A stretch of 64,000 nucleotides of DNA, taken from NCBI RefSeq assembly GCF_964194025.1, contig NC_134476.1:52204001-52268000 (forward strand), given 5' to 3'. The translations under genes were made by a program, and so were the position numbers. Positions 12,249-24,947 of this stretch are shown one piece after another. Numbering within the stretch: position 1 is the stretch's first letter; each line of letters begins with the position of its first letter. A model generated the notes under the pieces. The model did not search any database and had not been told where the DNA came from. It saw only the letters and a program-made list of their open reading frames with translations. This DNA comes from Convolutriloba macropyga (lineage: Eukaryota).

Positions 12249-12509
12249 GGCATAAATAGCTGAAACTGGATATGTACGCAGTCAACTTCTCAATATAAGG
12301 AAAGATCTCAAGCAATGAAACAACAGTGGAAATGATCAACAAACTCAATCCAGTGGTGATAGACTTCCCGGAACCAAGATACCTAAAAGTGTCACCAGTA
12401 AACGTCTACAGGTACACATTCACGCCACACACCAATGCAGCAGCAGAGAAAAAAAGGTCAAAAAGTTTTGAAATAGGTGAATTTCAGATAAACAGATTTC
12501 GAGGGTAGC

Positions 12510-15500
12510 CGTGGTGACCCTACCCTTTATCACTGATCATCATTTAGATCTTGAAGCAGTAATTGAGATTCCACGCCCTGAGGAAAGCCGACAGCAGCCT
12601 TCGTCTCATCTCAGACTCTTAAGTGTAGTAAAAGCCACAATTCTTCAAACGCAGCGAACTTCAATTAGTACAATTGAAGAGTGTTGTACTGAACGTTCTC
12701 TCTCTTCTCTATCCCTCTCCCAGGAGGTAGAACAAGGAATTACTCCGACTTCCTACCTCCAGCGAAGAAGTTCACAGTCATCATTTTATTCATCGGTTCA
12801 AACGACCGCTTCAACAAAGGCGGTACAACAAATTATCGAAATTCCAAAGGCATTTCCAAAAATCTGAAGGACCTAGCAAACGTGACAACCACTCTAGCTG
12901 AAGAAGTTTTCGGACTTGTCTTCCTACAATGACACCAGAACCCGGAAAAAACTAAGGTGGTCAACATAATCCTACTAGATCTCAGCAAATCATCTAACTG
13001 GAAGTTCACGGGAGTTTGTCACTATCCCGGCAAAGAGATGTGTCAAGTAAACAACGCTGTCTATCTCACGCTGGACGGTCTGAAAAACCTTAAGCGCCTG
13101 TTCAAAACTGGCACCCTGAACAAAAAAATACTGTGGAGAAAAACAGTAAGGAGTCCCAGCTCATATACTGTGGGTATGTTAACCCCACGTGCACCTCCGT
13201 CAGCTAGAGCCCTTGCTAATGAGTGAATTAACTGTCAGCTGATGTTTTTCCAAAAGTTTGCCATTAGGTTTCCCCAGGATTGATAACCACTTTCATAGAC
13301 TTGGACTACGGTCCATTAGCTTAAGTTGAGATTAAGTATCTATCGAAGGGCCGACGTGATTTCCAAAAATCTGCTGGACCTTATTCCCTGAGTCATTCCC
13401 ACCAACCCTTTGATTCAACCCAAACATTCCAGATTGGCCAACAAAACCAATATACGCGAGTCATGCTTCAACTGCAGCAAGACAATGAAAAGAGCCAGAA
13501 TTTTGTGCTTCGCATGCAACAAAATCCTACACCTCGCTCCAGAATGCACTCTGTTCGCCGACGATGAAATAAAAGTTCTCGTCACACCTGATGAAAACCT
13601 ATACCACATCTGCAATGACTGCAAACCGGAAAAAAACAAACTAATTAATAGAATTGTTTAAGAACCGAGTACCAAACTAGATATTCAACTGAAGAACCTT
13701 CAGGAACAGATGAAAGCCCTAACCGATAAAGAGCAAAAATCCAGTGAAATCATCACTCATCTTTGGAATGATGTGAAAGCAACTAAAGGTAAACCATCCA
13801 GTTGCCGATCAGCAGTTGAAAATGTGCAACCATGAAAAATTGTCACCTCCTTCATTGTCCACAGGACAACCCTAAGACTCCGAGTTTGTGGAATACCTGA
13901 GAGCAAGGCTGAAACTGAGCTTGCAAGAACCCGGGAAGACCTTGCCGCTATCGACATAATCAATGACCACCCGGAAATCGATGACAGTAAACTGTTGAAT
14001 GCTGTTAGAGATGGAAACTTCAACGCTCAGAAGGGACCTCAAACCTCAAACGCTGCTCCTCAATACGGAAAAGGCCTTTTGTAATAATCTAATTCTCAAA
14101 TCAGCATGGAACTGACTGAAAGAATACAAAGAATTCAAATCATACATCAGTCTTGAAATGTTGAAAGAAGGTCTTGAAAAATAAAACAATTGTCTCAATG
14201 AAAGAGGAAATCTCATTGATAAGGGCTTTGATGCGAGCGCCTTTGGTGTGAGAAACCGCCTGATGCCTGATGTGTTACAAAGAAAACAATGGCTCTCCCT
14301 GAAAGATAGTGAAGTAGCAAAACAATTTGAATGGCTCAGTCGAGCACAAACCAGCAAACTAACCTTCGAGTACAGGAAGTGAAAATGCTGACATACAACA
14401 CGAGAAGAATTCTAGACCTCAATAGAAGACTAAAACTGTCCAACTGTATCTTTAACTCGAATTACGATATCATCTGTTTTTGTGGCACCTAGTTGACAGA
14501 GAATGTCACGACCGCCTCGGTCTTCCTGGAGAATTACAATGTATAAAAGGACGACGGGACCGCCACAGACGCTGGATAATGAAAGCACGGATGAGTACTA
14601 AAGTGCGCATGAGTTTCAGCAAGTAAAATGCTGAAAGCCATACTACCTGGTAATGAAAACTCAATTAGGCGAAAAAACTCTTATCCTATGCTGCAGTTAC
14701 GACGCACCTACCCCGAGTGCTTACCAATGGTCTTATGATGAGTTCTAAGTCTCCTGAAAGATTTTCAAGACCTAAAATTTGCTCTTCCCTCTGAACATTG
14801 TGACATTATGGTCATCGGTTATATCAGTTTCTCACAAACAAACTGGGAAATGTTCTCCTCGCTCAAGGATTATGAGACTCGATTTCTTGAAAAGTTAAAG
14901 GACTTTACTCGCTCAACACACCAAGACTCAGCTTGACGTCGTGCTATTTGATAGGCCAGCAATAGTATTCACCCGTCGAGTTGATCCCTCTTTCATCAAC
15001 AAATTAACCGGCCGAATCTCAGACCATTGTCCCAACATCATCACCATAAGCACTAACGGCAACTGCAGAGCGGAGAATTTGAGAAAATGTCATTATGCTT
15101 TCCGCAGAGCTGATAGGAGTGGTATGAATGATTCGATGAGAAGACAACCATTCATGCCCTACTGTTTTAGCAATGTAAACAAACTTTTTGAGCAATGGTA
15201 CGACTGGATATGGGAAAAAATAGACAAGTTATCACAAAATCAACCTCAGATCAACCGAAGCGCTAACCTTGGATCACTGGGCCCATGTCACACACCATTG
15301 AGGAATTGGAAACAATGAAGCGCAAAACAAATCAAGGCCTGGCGAGGGTGGTGAAAATAAAAAGGCTGGAGAAAGAAATCCTGATGGCGTCCGAAGTAGA
15401 CCTCGTTCAATTTGAGTCTAAACTCTTTGTGGGAAAAACCTTCAGTTGGATTCAAACTTTTCCTAAATTTGTTCGCAAAGACCCCGCCATCCCACAGAGG

Positions 15501-16600
15501 GTGAGAAGCGGCTCTAGTACTTCAAAAAATAACGATGAAAAATGCAAACTTTTCAAGGACTAATTCATCGGTGTTTTTTCGGAAAAACCAAATGGACTAC
15601 GTAATATCTCTTCCGCCGGGAAACTTGAGTCAAAAAAACCATAGATCAAAGTCAAGTTGACAACTTTTTGAAACAATTAGACTTAAAAAACCCATTGGAC
15701 ACGACAATGTTGGAAATCTTATTCTTAAATCATTCCTTGAATACCTCGGTAAATTGCTCACCTTAATCCTCAAAACATGTTTGAACAAATGTACCTTCCT
15801 TGACACCTGGAAGACTTGTCAATCAGCGCTGATTTTCAAAGAGGGCAACAGAGCCGAGTTCAGATTTCAAAAACGAAGGTCAGCAAGTATCCATCTTAGT
15901 TTAAGTTTTGATCAGATCTTCGATCACTATGACAAGCTAGACACATACCAACTGTCAATTTTATATCTCTATTTTGCCAAAACTTTTGACACTGTTCTCC
16001 ACAAGATTTTTTACAGAAAATTAGAAATTTTGACGCTGGAGGAAAACTTCTCTCAACAATCCAATCATAAAAAAAACCAGACAGCAATATATTCGCAAAT
16101 AAGACAACAGATTGTCCCTTAAACCATTAACAAGTGGTGTCCCAAAGGGGTCCAACCTCAGCCCCCTGTTATAATGCTTTTTATTAGCAATCTGCTTGAG
16201 TCATTAGATGAGGTAAGCAGTTACGATTACGCAGATGATTTCAAAGATACTTGACTGAATCAGGATCAGCTGGACAACTTAGCTTACCCGACCGAAAATT
16301 GTCTAATTTCAAACAAAATGATGTCAAAGATCAAGAAATTGACACCCCTCAATCTGAGAGGCAACCTGCAAGCTAACCTAATGAAGAAAGTTCGCACCAC
16401 TGTCATGAGTCAACGCAACTTAGGAGTGATATTGAACAGTAACCTCTCTTGGTACGAAAACTTCACCCGCAGGGCAAGCAAAGCGATGGATGCCCTGTTT
16501 TAGATCAAGCGAAATCTCTAGCAGAATCACTCAATCTACACAAAAATATGCACCTACACTGGCTACGTTAAGCACGTCAAAACCTATGCCTAAGGAAAGT
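12510..16600 (+). mobile_element. CR1/L2-like LINE, family 1, decayed and 3'-truncated: SGNH ORF0, PHD ORF1, endonuclease-RT ORF2
   Basis: ORF0 remnant LPGG...IILFIGSND...NWKF (12717-13226); PHD finger CFNC-CFAC-H-C-HICNDC (13410-13661); LRVCGIPE; endonuclease remnants YDIICFCGT and SDHCP; RT remnants LYLYFAKTFDTV.H, GVPKGSNLSP, YADDFK. Boundaries approximate. Confidence 0.8.
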
Positions 16601-16629
16601 GACATGAAGAGTAAGTTATCCATTTGATC

Positions 16630-17790
16630 ATATCATGGATATTTTGAAATGATGTATCTATTGTATCTTTTGTAACTTCCATAAAATTTTTGACAAAGTA
16701 TCTCACAAAAAACTCCTAAAAACGTGTGGTCATACAGAATCAGAAGAAGAGTCCTTAAGTGGATCGAAGCTTTCCTATGTGACCAGAAACAGCATGTCAC
16801 GCTGAACTGCGCGTAATCGTTGAAACAAGATGTCAAAAGTTGCGTGCCGCAAGGTAGCGTCCTGGGACCAATCCTCTTTTGTCTTAATAGCAGCTTCATA
16901 AAGGATCTCCAGATTGTGTTCGGAGCCCAGTCTACATGTTTTAAGACGACTTAGAGATTTTCAGTGAAGTCAGCTGCTTTTCGAACGGTGAGTGGCTCCA
17001 GCAAGACTTGTTTGTCCTGGAAGATGGGAGCAAGAAGTGGGTTCTTCCATTCCTCCTTGAGAAAGCCAAAGTTTTTCATCTAGGGAAGAGCAGACTCGTT
17101 GGTAGGAAATATTGTGCAGAGAGCGCCAACAAAGTGAAAATCGCAAACAAAATCTTTGGGGTCTTTCCTATTATAGCCCCCCAGCTTAGTGGTCAGATAA
17201 CCCATAGCCCCTCCAAACATGGTAATTATACTATAATGGGGGGCTATAATTTCATTGGGGGCTATAATGGGAAAGACCCGATCTTCGGCCTCATCAGGAG
17301 AACTTTCAACAGAATAACTGAACAATTTCAGATACCTTGGCAAGACCTCACCTCGAATACGCAATTCTGGTGTGGAATGATGGAAGCAGAAAAAGATCAA
17401 AACTATCAAAAATGTTTAAAGGAGAGCTATGGAAAAAGTGTCTGAACTGAAAGATCATGAGATCATGCCAACTCTTTTCTCTCGACAAATGAGAGGCGAG
17501 ATGATTGAGACCTTCTAGTTGACATCAGGATGATACGACCACAAAATCTCAGGAGCACTTCTTCAGAGATACACGAGCAGTCGAACTAGAGGACAATCGA
17601 AAAAGTTTTTAACTGGAAAGAGCAACGAAAAATTGAGGAACAACTTTTTCACGAAAAGAATAGTCAAAACGTGGAATGAACTTCCTGAAGAAGTGATTAA
17701 ATGTGGAAACGTACATTCTTTTGAAGCAAGACTAGACAAATTCTGGGAAACCAAACATTTAAATTCGACCTAGAAAAAGATTTAACGTCC
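16630..17790 (+). mobile_element. CR1-type LINE 3' fragment (RT C-terminal half)
   Basis: FHKIFDKVSH, VPQGSVLGPILF and terminal LRNNFFTKRIVKTWNELPEEVIKCGNVHSFEARLDKFW typical of CR1 ORF2 ends. Confidence 0.8.
17159..17279. mobile_element. MITE, 121 bp (second copy at 47744-47873)
   Basis: TIR GGGTCTTTCC.ATTATAGCCCCC / GGGGGCTATAATGGGAAAGACCC; flanks AATCTTTG / GATCTTCG, a decayed 8-bp TSD. Confidence 0.85.
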
Positions 17791-18103
17791 AGTAGATACA
17801 TGTAGGAAAAGAAGTTGCTAGGAAACAGCTGTCAAAAGAGGACTACGTTCTCACAGAAAAGAGCTGATGATGGTGGTGGATATACCCATCCTCACGAAAG
17901 GAGCCACAGAGTTTAGCAGCAAACAAATAACGATTAAAGCACTCCAGAACTCTACAAAATAACAAGATTAAAAAGTCAATCACAATAAGATGCTTCAGAA
18001 ACAGGTACGTAACATCAGACTTCAGAAGAGCATCTGCCAAGGAAAACGAGATTAGTTTTTTCCCATTTAAGATCTGGTTACAATACTCTCCTATACAGCT
18101 ATA

Positions 18104-21100
18104 GGAGAGTCCTGTAATAAACTTATTAAATAGTGTCTTTTCAATAATTGAATGAATGGCCTTGTACTATAGACTTCCAATGGTAAGGTTTTAGAGACCG
18201 TCTTTGTATGTAACGAATGAGGTATCATATATTCAAATCTGCACCCACAAGCCGCCTACTTATTGCCGGTTCGCAAGCTCGGGAATTAGAATTTGGGAAC
18301 TTCAATATCCTCTCTCTCTCTCCCTGGTGGACAAATCCAACAGTTCTACAATTTTTTTCCAGCCAGAGATAAATATACACTTATCGTTCTCTTTCGGGGT
18401 GTAAACAGTTTGTATAACGGAACTGACGATTTGGAAGCTGACATAGAAGAACTTGCAAAAGATCTTGTTGAGTTAGCAAACAAATTTACAAATGTTGCGA
18501 AAAAAGTTTTTGTCATCGGAATACCCCCGCGCGAAAATTTCGCCAGAGCTCAATCCTTAAAAGAATTACTCAAACAAAAGACGGACGTTAATTGGAAATT
18601 TCGTAGCTCCAACCACTATGTCAAAAAAAGTGTCAAAAAATCAGAGACGAAGCGCATTTAAACGAAAACGGCATCAACAATCTAAAAAATTTGCTCAAAG
18701 ATAACTTCCTTTACAAATAGTAGGACCCAGAAATACGACGAAAAGGTAACGGCCGAACGATTGAGTGCCACAGTTCCGGATTTCGCAATTGTGGTTCCTT
18801 CAGTGGATAGTCAAAACGTTTGTTTTCCCTTTTATTTCTCTGCTCGAGGTAACCTTCAGTTTACATAGAGACAGAAAAGAAACTTTTGGTGTTTTTTTGC
18901 TGGCAGTTATCTTCTCGCGGTGATACTTTGCTCGCTGTGACCTTCAGGTTACACATGAGACAGAGACTAAATTTTCGAGGCATTATTTGAAAGCAAAATT
19001 TTTTCAATAATGACAAAACCCAATGAATATACGCCAGTCCCTAAAAGTAGTAACAGCGAAACAAACGGACAAAAAACACGAAACAGTTGTGCAACTTGCT
19101 CTAGCAAAATCAACAAACACAAATTCTGTTGCGTTCACTGCCAAAAAACTGTGTGCCTAAAACCAGAGTGTACTGGTTTCGATAAAATTTGTATCGACGT
19201 CCTAATCAAATATGAGAAAAACTTACTCCACATTTGTAATGAATGCGCCGGGAAAAAAGACAACACGATTTTAAAAATGGAATCAACTGATAATACAGCT
19301 CTGAGTGACCAATTTAAAGAACTCCACGAAAAAATCTCAAACTTTGCGTACAGTATAGAGCAAGCTAACATATCTCTGGATAACATGCAAAAGCAGATCA
19401 AAAGTCTCAAATACCCAAATTAATCTTACGCAAGTGTTGTTGGAGCAAACAACGCAGGAAAAGTAGTGTACAAACCGCAGACTTTCAATCAAAAAAACTC
19501 TCGGAATTGGAATTAGAGGAATTAGTAAGTCAAAATCCAATGAGGCTGCTGACAGAATGCAAGAGGACCTCTGCCATGTATAATAAATATTAGAGCACCT
19601 AAACATCGAGGACAGAAAAATCAGCAAACTTGTGAGACTTGGAATATACAATCCTGAAAACAAAAGAGAAAGATTAATCCTTGTTCATACAGCAAGCGAA
19701 CTTAGTAGAGGTCTCATCCTGAAATCAGTCAGCCGCTTGAAAGACTATAAGTACAACGATAGATCATTTTATATCAGTACTGAATTGTCAACCGAGGACG
19801 CAAAAGAAGAAAACAAAGCTTTAATGAAAAGGCGAGAACTGATCACTAGCGGAATACATTCAAAATGGCTACGTATTCGGCATCTTGAACTCGACAAGAA
19901 AGAAGGCGATAATTGGGTTATCATTCCAAACGTCAATGAAAAAGGCCAAACGAGTAAAGAATGACTACATAGAAGCGCTAAAGTAATGCTCAAAGCCCGC
20001 TAGATCATAACAGGCAAACAAGTTTCGCTAATAGTCTTTCAACATGCAACTATGACATTGTCTGCATAACAGAAACAAGATTAACTGCTGAGGTCACCAA
20101 CGAAACAATATTTCTACCCTCTTATTTTATATATCGAAAAAATAGGAAAATCACTGACTTCAAAAGTAAACATGGGGGAGTTTTAATTGCTGTAAAATCA
20201 TCCCTTAAACACGAAAATGTGGTTATTCCTTTAATCCAAGATGACGTTATTGTTGTTAAGATCAAACTTCCAATGTCTTCACTTATAATTTGTTGCAAAT
20301 ACAATGCTTCCGAGCAAAGCAACTAATGTTGGGCAGTAAACGATTTCCTAAACCTTCTTTAAAAATTAAAAAACTCTTTTGTGGACACCAATTCCTTAGT
20401 TGTGCTTACAGGTGACATCAATTTTACAGAAACTTCTTGGGCAAATATATCTTCAAAAAAATCTACGAAGATTTATTTTTAGATCATTTTATAGAAAACA
20501 ATCTCTCAAATGTAGCTCCAAGTCAACTAGATTTGTTTTTATGCAACAATCCAGAAATAGTTCTCAATTGTACCTCCAACCGTTCGCTGTTCAAGAATTT
20601 TAGGATAAATAACAAACCTTGCTACGACCATTTTCCAATTCGCACTCAAATAAACTTCTTCCTTGATGCACAATTAATAAAAGCGAGTGACAAGTTTGCC
20701 TATAAAGATACTGACTGTAAGGAGCTTAATTACAAATTTACAATTGATCACTTCACTCTTTTTTGCAACAGTAATGTTGATTTTCTTCTGGAACAATTCT
20801 ACACATACCAACGCAACAGAAAATTTGAAAAAATACAGCTTGTCAATAAAAATCTGACAAATTTACAACCATGGATCTCAAATGGAACATCCCATATGAT
20901 AAATAAGTTAAACACTAAAAAGCGAGTGGAATATCTAATCTCAGCTTCAAACTGAAGATTAAAAAAATAGAAGTAGATTTTCGTAAAGCGGTTGATAATG
21001 ATCTCTCAGTTTATGAAGCCCAAATTTTTGAAAGCCGACAATTCAACAAAATACGAAGATATCTTTCATCAATTTGCAAACATCCACAAGTACCTCCTAT

Positions 21101-22809
21101 AATGTTTTGGAAGGGTATGGAGCTAACCACAGATAAATAAAAATCTGATAGCTTCAACCTCTTCTTTGCGAGCGTCTTTAATCTAAAAACAGAAATACCA
21201 ACAACATGCACAAAACAAAATCCTAATTTAATCAAAGTTGATTCCGCAAAAATCGAAAACCTGCTCAAAGATCTTAATATCCACAAGTCTACTGGACAAG
21301 ACGGAACTGGAAATTTACTGCTGAGAAATTGTTTTAGTTCAATCACAAAGTCAGTCACATTCTTGTACCAAACAATAACGAATAAGGGAACTTATCCTAC
21401 ATAATGGAAAGTAAGCAAAATAAATCCCATTTTCAAAGACGGTAATAAATCAGATGTAACTTGCTACCGACCCATAAGTTTTTTAAACTGCATGTCCAAG
21501 GTACTCAAGAAAATTGTTTTTGATGAAATATACGAACTAGTAAGACACAAAGTCTGTGAAAATCAATTTGGCTTCAGGAGAAATCGATCGACAACTGCAT
21601 TCACTAATATTTCTCTATACAGTGTACAAAAATTTTGATAATGAAGCGATCAAAGACCTAAGCATCTTATATCTTGACTTTGCAAAAGCTTTTGACACTG
21701 TACCACATAACATGCTGATGCAAAAGCTTTATAACATTGGCGTTGGAGGGAAGTTAATTCAATTGATATCGTCGTATCTAACGAACTGCAAACAATATAT
21801 TAATATCAACAATGAGGTATCTGTCCCACAGTGTCCTATATTAGGACCTCTTGTCTTCATTCTTTTCATAAACGACTTTCCTGAAAACCTAACTGAAATA
21901 ATTTGCTATGGCTGTGCTGATGATAAGAAATTGATAAGTGAGAAGCAATGCAATACTGAAACAGCAGTTTCTAGTTTGCCAACATGGTGCAAAGAAAATC
22001 AAATGAGACTAAATTATAACAAAACTCACCTCTGAACATCAAGGGAAATATTACGGGGTCTATTGAAAACCATAAGCTAGATCAAGTAAAAAACCAGCGA
22101 GACCTTGGGCTCCAAATTTCAGAAAATCTAAATTGGAATGAAAACTGCTCCTTTAGAAAACGAAAAGGTTTATGTGTTTTTTTCAAGCTTAAAAGATATT
22201 TCTCAAAAGTGTGAACAAAAATCTAAACTGAACGCTTATTTAAGTTACGTTGTACCAGAGTTACCTATTGCTCACAGGCATGGTTTCCGAATAAGTAGCA
22301 AATGAAAGAAATTAAAAAGTTTCAAAAAATTGCCACAAAATGGATTTTGAGCGAAAAGCAGAGCTATAAACAGCGACTTTTTACCTTGAATTTTTTGCCT
22401 CTCAGCCTTTATATTGAGATGCACGACGTATTATACCCTATGGCTTTAAAACAAGGTAAATACGACGTTGAACTATCGAACTTAGACAGTATTCAGGAAA
22501 GTACCACTCGTCAACATAGCCGAGGACAACTACAAATAAACAAAATTCGATTAGTAAGAAGCGACGAAAATATTTTCGACCGGACAAAAATTCTCTACAA
22601 TTTAGTGCTCAAAGTTTATTCAAATTATGGTAGAAGCTTAAATAAAAATTTTTTGGCATTATATCTGCAATCAGTACACAGAGGAAAACATGCACTTGGC
22701 GCATTGTATGCAAGTGTGGAAACTGCAACATTAATCAGAACCTTATGAATCTGGACAATTGAATGGGCAATACCCTGAAGAACGAACTTCGAAGCCTAAT
22801 CTACTACTA
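18104..22809 (+). mobile_element. Near full-length CR1/L2-like LINE, family 2, decayed: SGNH ORF0, PHD ORF1, endonuclease-RT ORF2, (CTA)n tail
   Basis: ORF0 ~18156-18810; ORF1 19010-19964 with CATC-CVHC-C-C-HICNEC; endonuclease YDIVCITET, HGGVLIAVK, DHFP; RT YRPISF, LYLDFAKAFDTVPH, ILGPLVFILFINDF, CADDKKL; tail AATCTACTACTAC; CTATA shared at both junctions (18099-18103, 22810-22814). Confidence 0.9.
18156..18810 (+). pseudogene. SGNH/GDSL esterase-like ORF0 of the LINE, frameshifted
   Basis: Block I LIAGSQAR (Ser codon 18271-18273), block II LPGG, block III IVLFRGVNSL, VFVIGIPPR, block V DEAHLNENG (His codon 18655-18657). Confidence 0.75.
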
Positions 22810-23471
22810 CTATATGGCAAGAATCGAGGAGTAATTTGAAGACAAATGTCCTAAGTGTGATGCCTCCCCCCCCCCCACACACACACACACACACACGATA
22901 CACCATGTCTTCAACTGCACAAAAAATCCTACAGAGCTGAAGACCGAAGATCTGAGGTTCAATCAAGCAATACGAACTGGGGAAACTACAACGAGAATTG
23001 CAACATTGTTACAAAATTAATTGTCAAGCTGAAACTGAACTGACTAATGGGTGGAAAACATTGAACAGTGCTTGAAATTTTATACAAAAAAAAAGAACAT
23101 TGTTAATTTCCTCTGGTACACATAAGTATAAAAAGCAAATGGTAAAAGAGGCAATGTAAAGTTAAGAATATAACATTATGTAAAATTATAAAATCATTAA
23201 ATTACTTAACTAAAAATTAAATTACTTAACTAAAAATTTGACCTTACATTATTAAAAAATGGCCTAAAATGCGAACATAAAATGTTCTCACAATTTTATA
23301 TGTACATCGTGAAGATTAAAAATTAAAATTAAAATCTAATGCTCTCAATATCATCTTTAATATCAGTTACTTTTGGGTCCTTCAAAAATTCTTTCCAAAA
23401 ATATTCTTTCAGTTGTTTTTTTAAGGAAGCTTTCGATGTTGTTTTCAGTCTAATATTAGAAGGCAGACTAT

Positions 23472-23583
23472 TATAAATTGGAATACTACTAAACCTAAGG
23501 TTTAGTAGTATTCCAATTTATACTAAACTATACTAAACTATACTACTAAACTATACTACTAAACTATACTACTAAACCTAAGG
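23472..23583. repeat. Perfect palindrome (25-bp arms, 1-nt loop) followed by TACTAAACTA iterations
   Basis: TATAAATTGGAATACTACTAAACCT-A-AGGTTTAGTAGTATTCCAATTTATA at 23472-23522, then ~5 copies of (TAC)TACTAAACTA, within a minus-strand LINE 3' remnant (IYNSLPSNIR). Confidence 0.9.
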
Positions 23584-24087
23584 AAACGGCAGCCCTCCTG
23601 GAGCTCCCGACAGAATAACACAGCGGCTACAACAACAACAGGTAAGTATTTAATAATTTTGCATCGTTGATAGCAGCACATTGATATCACTCCTGGAGAT
23701 TCAACTCTAGCCAAGAAAGCTCTAACGCCAAACATGCCTAGCTTCGTGACTAGCCGCTTTTGGTTGGTAGTATCAAATTTTTTCCTCAATTCCAGAATGG
23801 AGTGAACCATAAATTGTGGTTCAAATCCTCAGCAAGTGCTTCAATTATTGGTTTTCTGGATTGCGAGGTTATGGTTTCGAGTACGAGGTTGCGATATAAA
23901 GGGAACATAAAATGCTTTATGTAGACTTAGAACTGGGAGGACACCGGTCCAGCCAATATTCACCCAGTTATGGGGGTGTGTATTTAAATTTCTTTTGAAA
24001 TAAAAATGTATTCTTTAACAAAGTTTTGCAGCCTAGGCGGTTGGGATCGTGTAAAAATTTGCCTGAGAAACGTCATTTTCAGTTGCG

Positions 24088-24264
24088 ATGCATGCTGCTC
24101 TAGTGAGTAAGAAAAAGAAGGACTTCTTGGCTCTGCCAGCTCCTCTTGGGTATGTGGCAGGCGTTGGTCGAGGAGCTACAGGCTTTACAACGCGATCTGA
24201 TATTGGACCTGCTCGAGAACAGAGTGATGTAACAGACGAAAGGCATGCTCCTCCTCCCAAGAAA
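24088..24264 (+). CDS. PRPF6: Pre-mRNA processing factor 6 (Prp6), coding exon 1, 59 aa
   Basis: [43 protein letters not shown] is the conserved Prp6 N-terminus; donor GTAAGT at 24265, phase 0. Confidence 0.95.
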
Positions 24265-24947
24265 GTAAGTTGAATAGCCAGAATTCGGCGTAATTAGAAG
24301 TTTCAGAGGCCAGATTGTTAATAACAGAATTTAAATGAACGGGCGTCTGGTTAAACAGTGCTGTGTTAAGAAACGAAACGCGAAAAATTGTAGATGAGAT
24401 TTCACTCCAAATTGAAAGAATAAAGGTCCTTCACACCTTCGTCCGGTCTGTTACGCCTGTAGTCGGTGGTATGCACGTTGCTCCTGAGCTGTGAGAAGAC
24501 TAGATTTAATGTTCATCAGGGGATAATTTCTTTTTTAATTATTGATTCTTCAAATAAATGCTGATGGAAGGCTTTCTTTGCGCTCTTTTACCGTTACCAA
24601 AAGTTTCTTCCTAGCGTATAAACCGATTATTTTACATATTTCTGACAAAATCTAGCGCCTTTTTGTAAAAGCCTTGATGGAATGGGGTTGGGCGATACAA
24701 TTCTGAACAGTTAAAAAATTTGGCTTGCCAGCGAGGCTTGTTTGTCATATTTTCACACTATCAAATTAGTTTCCGTTGTATTGGTACTAAAGCTGGCAAT
24801 TGTACAAAAACTAGTCACCACAATAAAAAACTACCATAAGAGGAGCGAATCAGATTCGTATACCTACCAACCATAGAATATATAAGAAACAGAGGACATA
24901 TAATCCGAATCTAAAATATTGTAACTGACAGATCGGATTTTTGAGTT

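Larger units (their letters stand above)
4708..12500 (+). mobile_element. Old non-LTR retrotransposon RT region, split by later insertions (pieces ~4708-5458, 11302-11662, 12249-12500)
   Basis: Collinear decayed RT motifs: IWKTPTRFLLLKPVKPPNVSSFYRPVSF (5232-5450), VDILQRFDMLLHNVLL...GVPRGGVLSPNLFCVYL (11420-11645), MYAVNF (~12272, decayed YADD). Confidence 0.75.
17950..22990 (+). mobile_element. C-terminal zinc-finger end of an old non-LTR element, split by the LINE at 18104-22809
   Basis: SEEHLPRKTRLVFSHLRSGYNTLLYSY (to 18102) continues as MARI...EDKCPKCDA...HHVFNCTKNPTEL from 22814. Confidence 0.75.
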
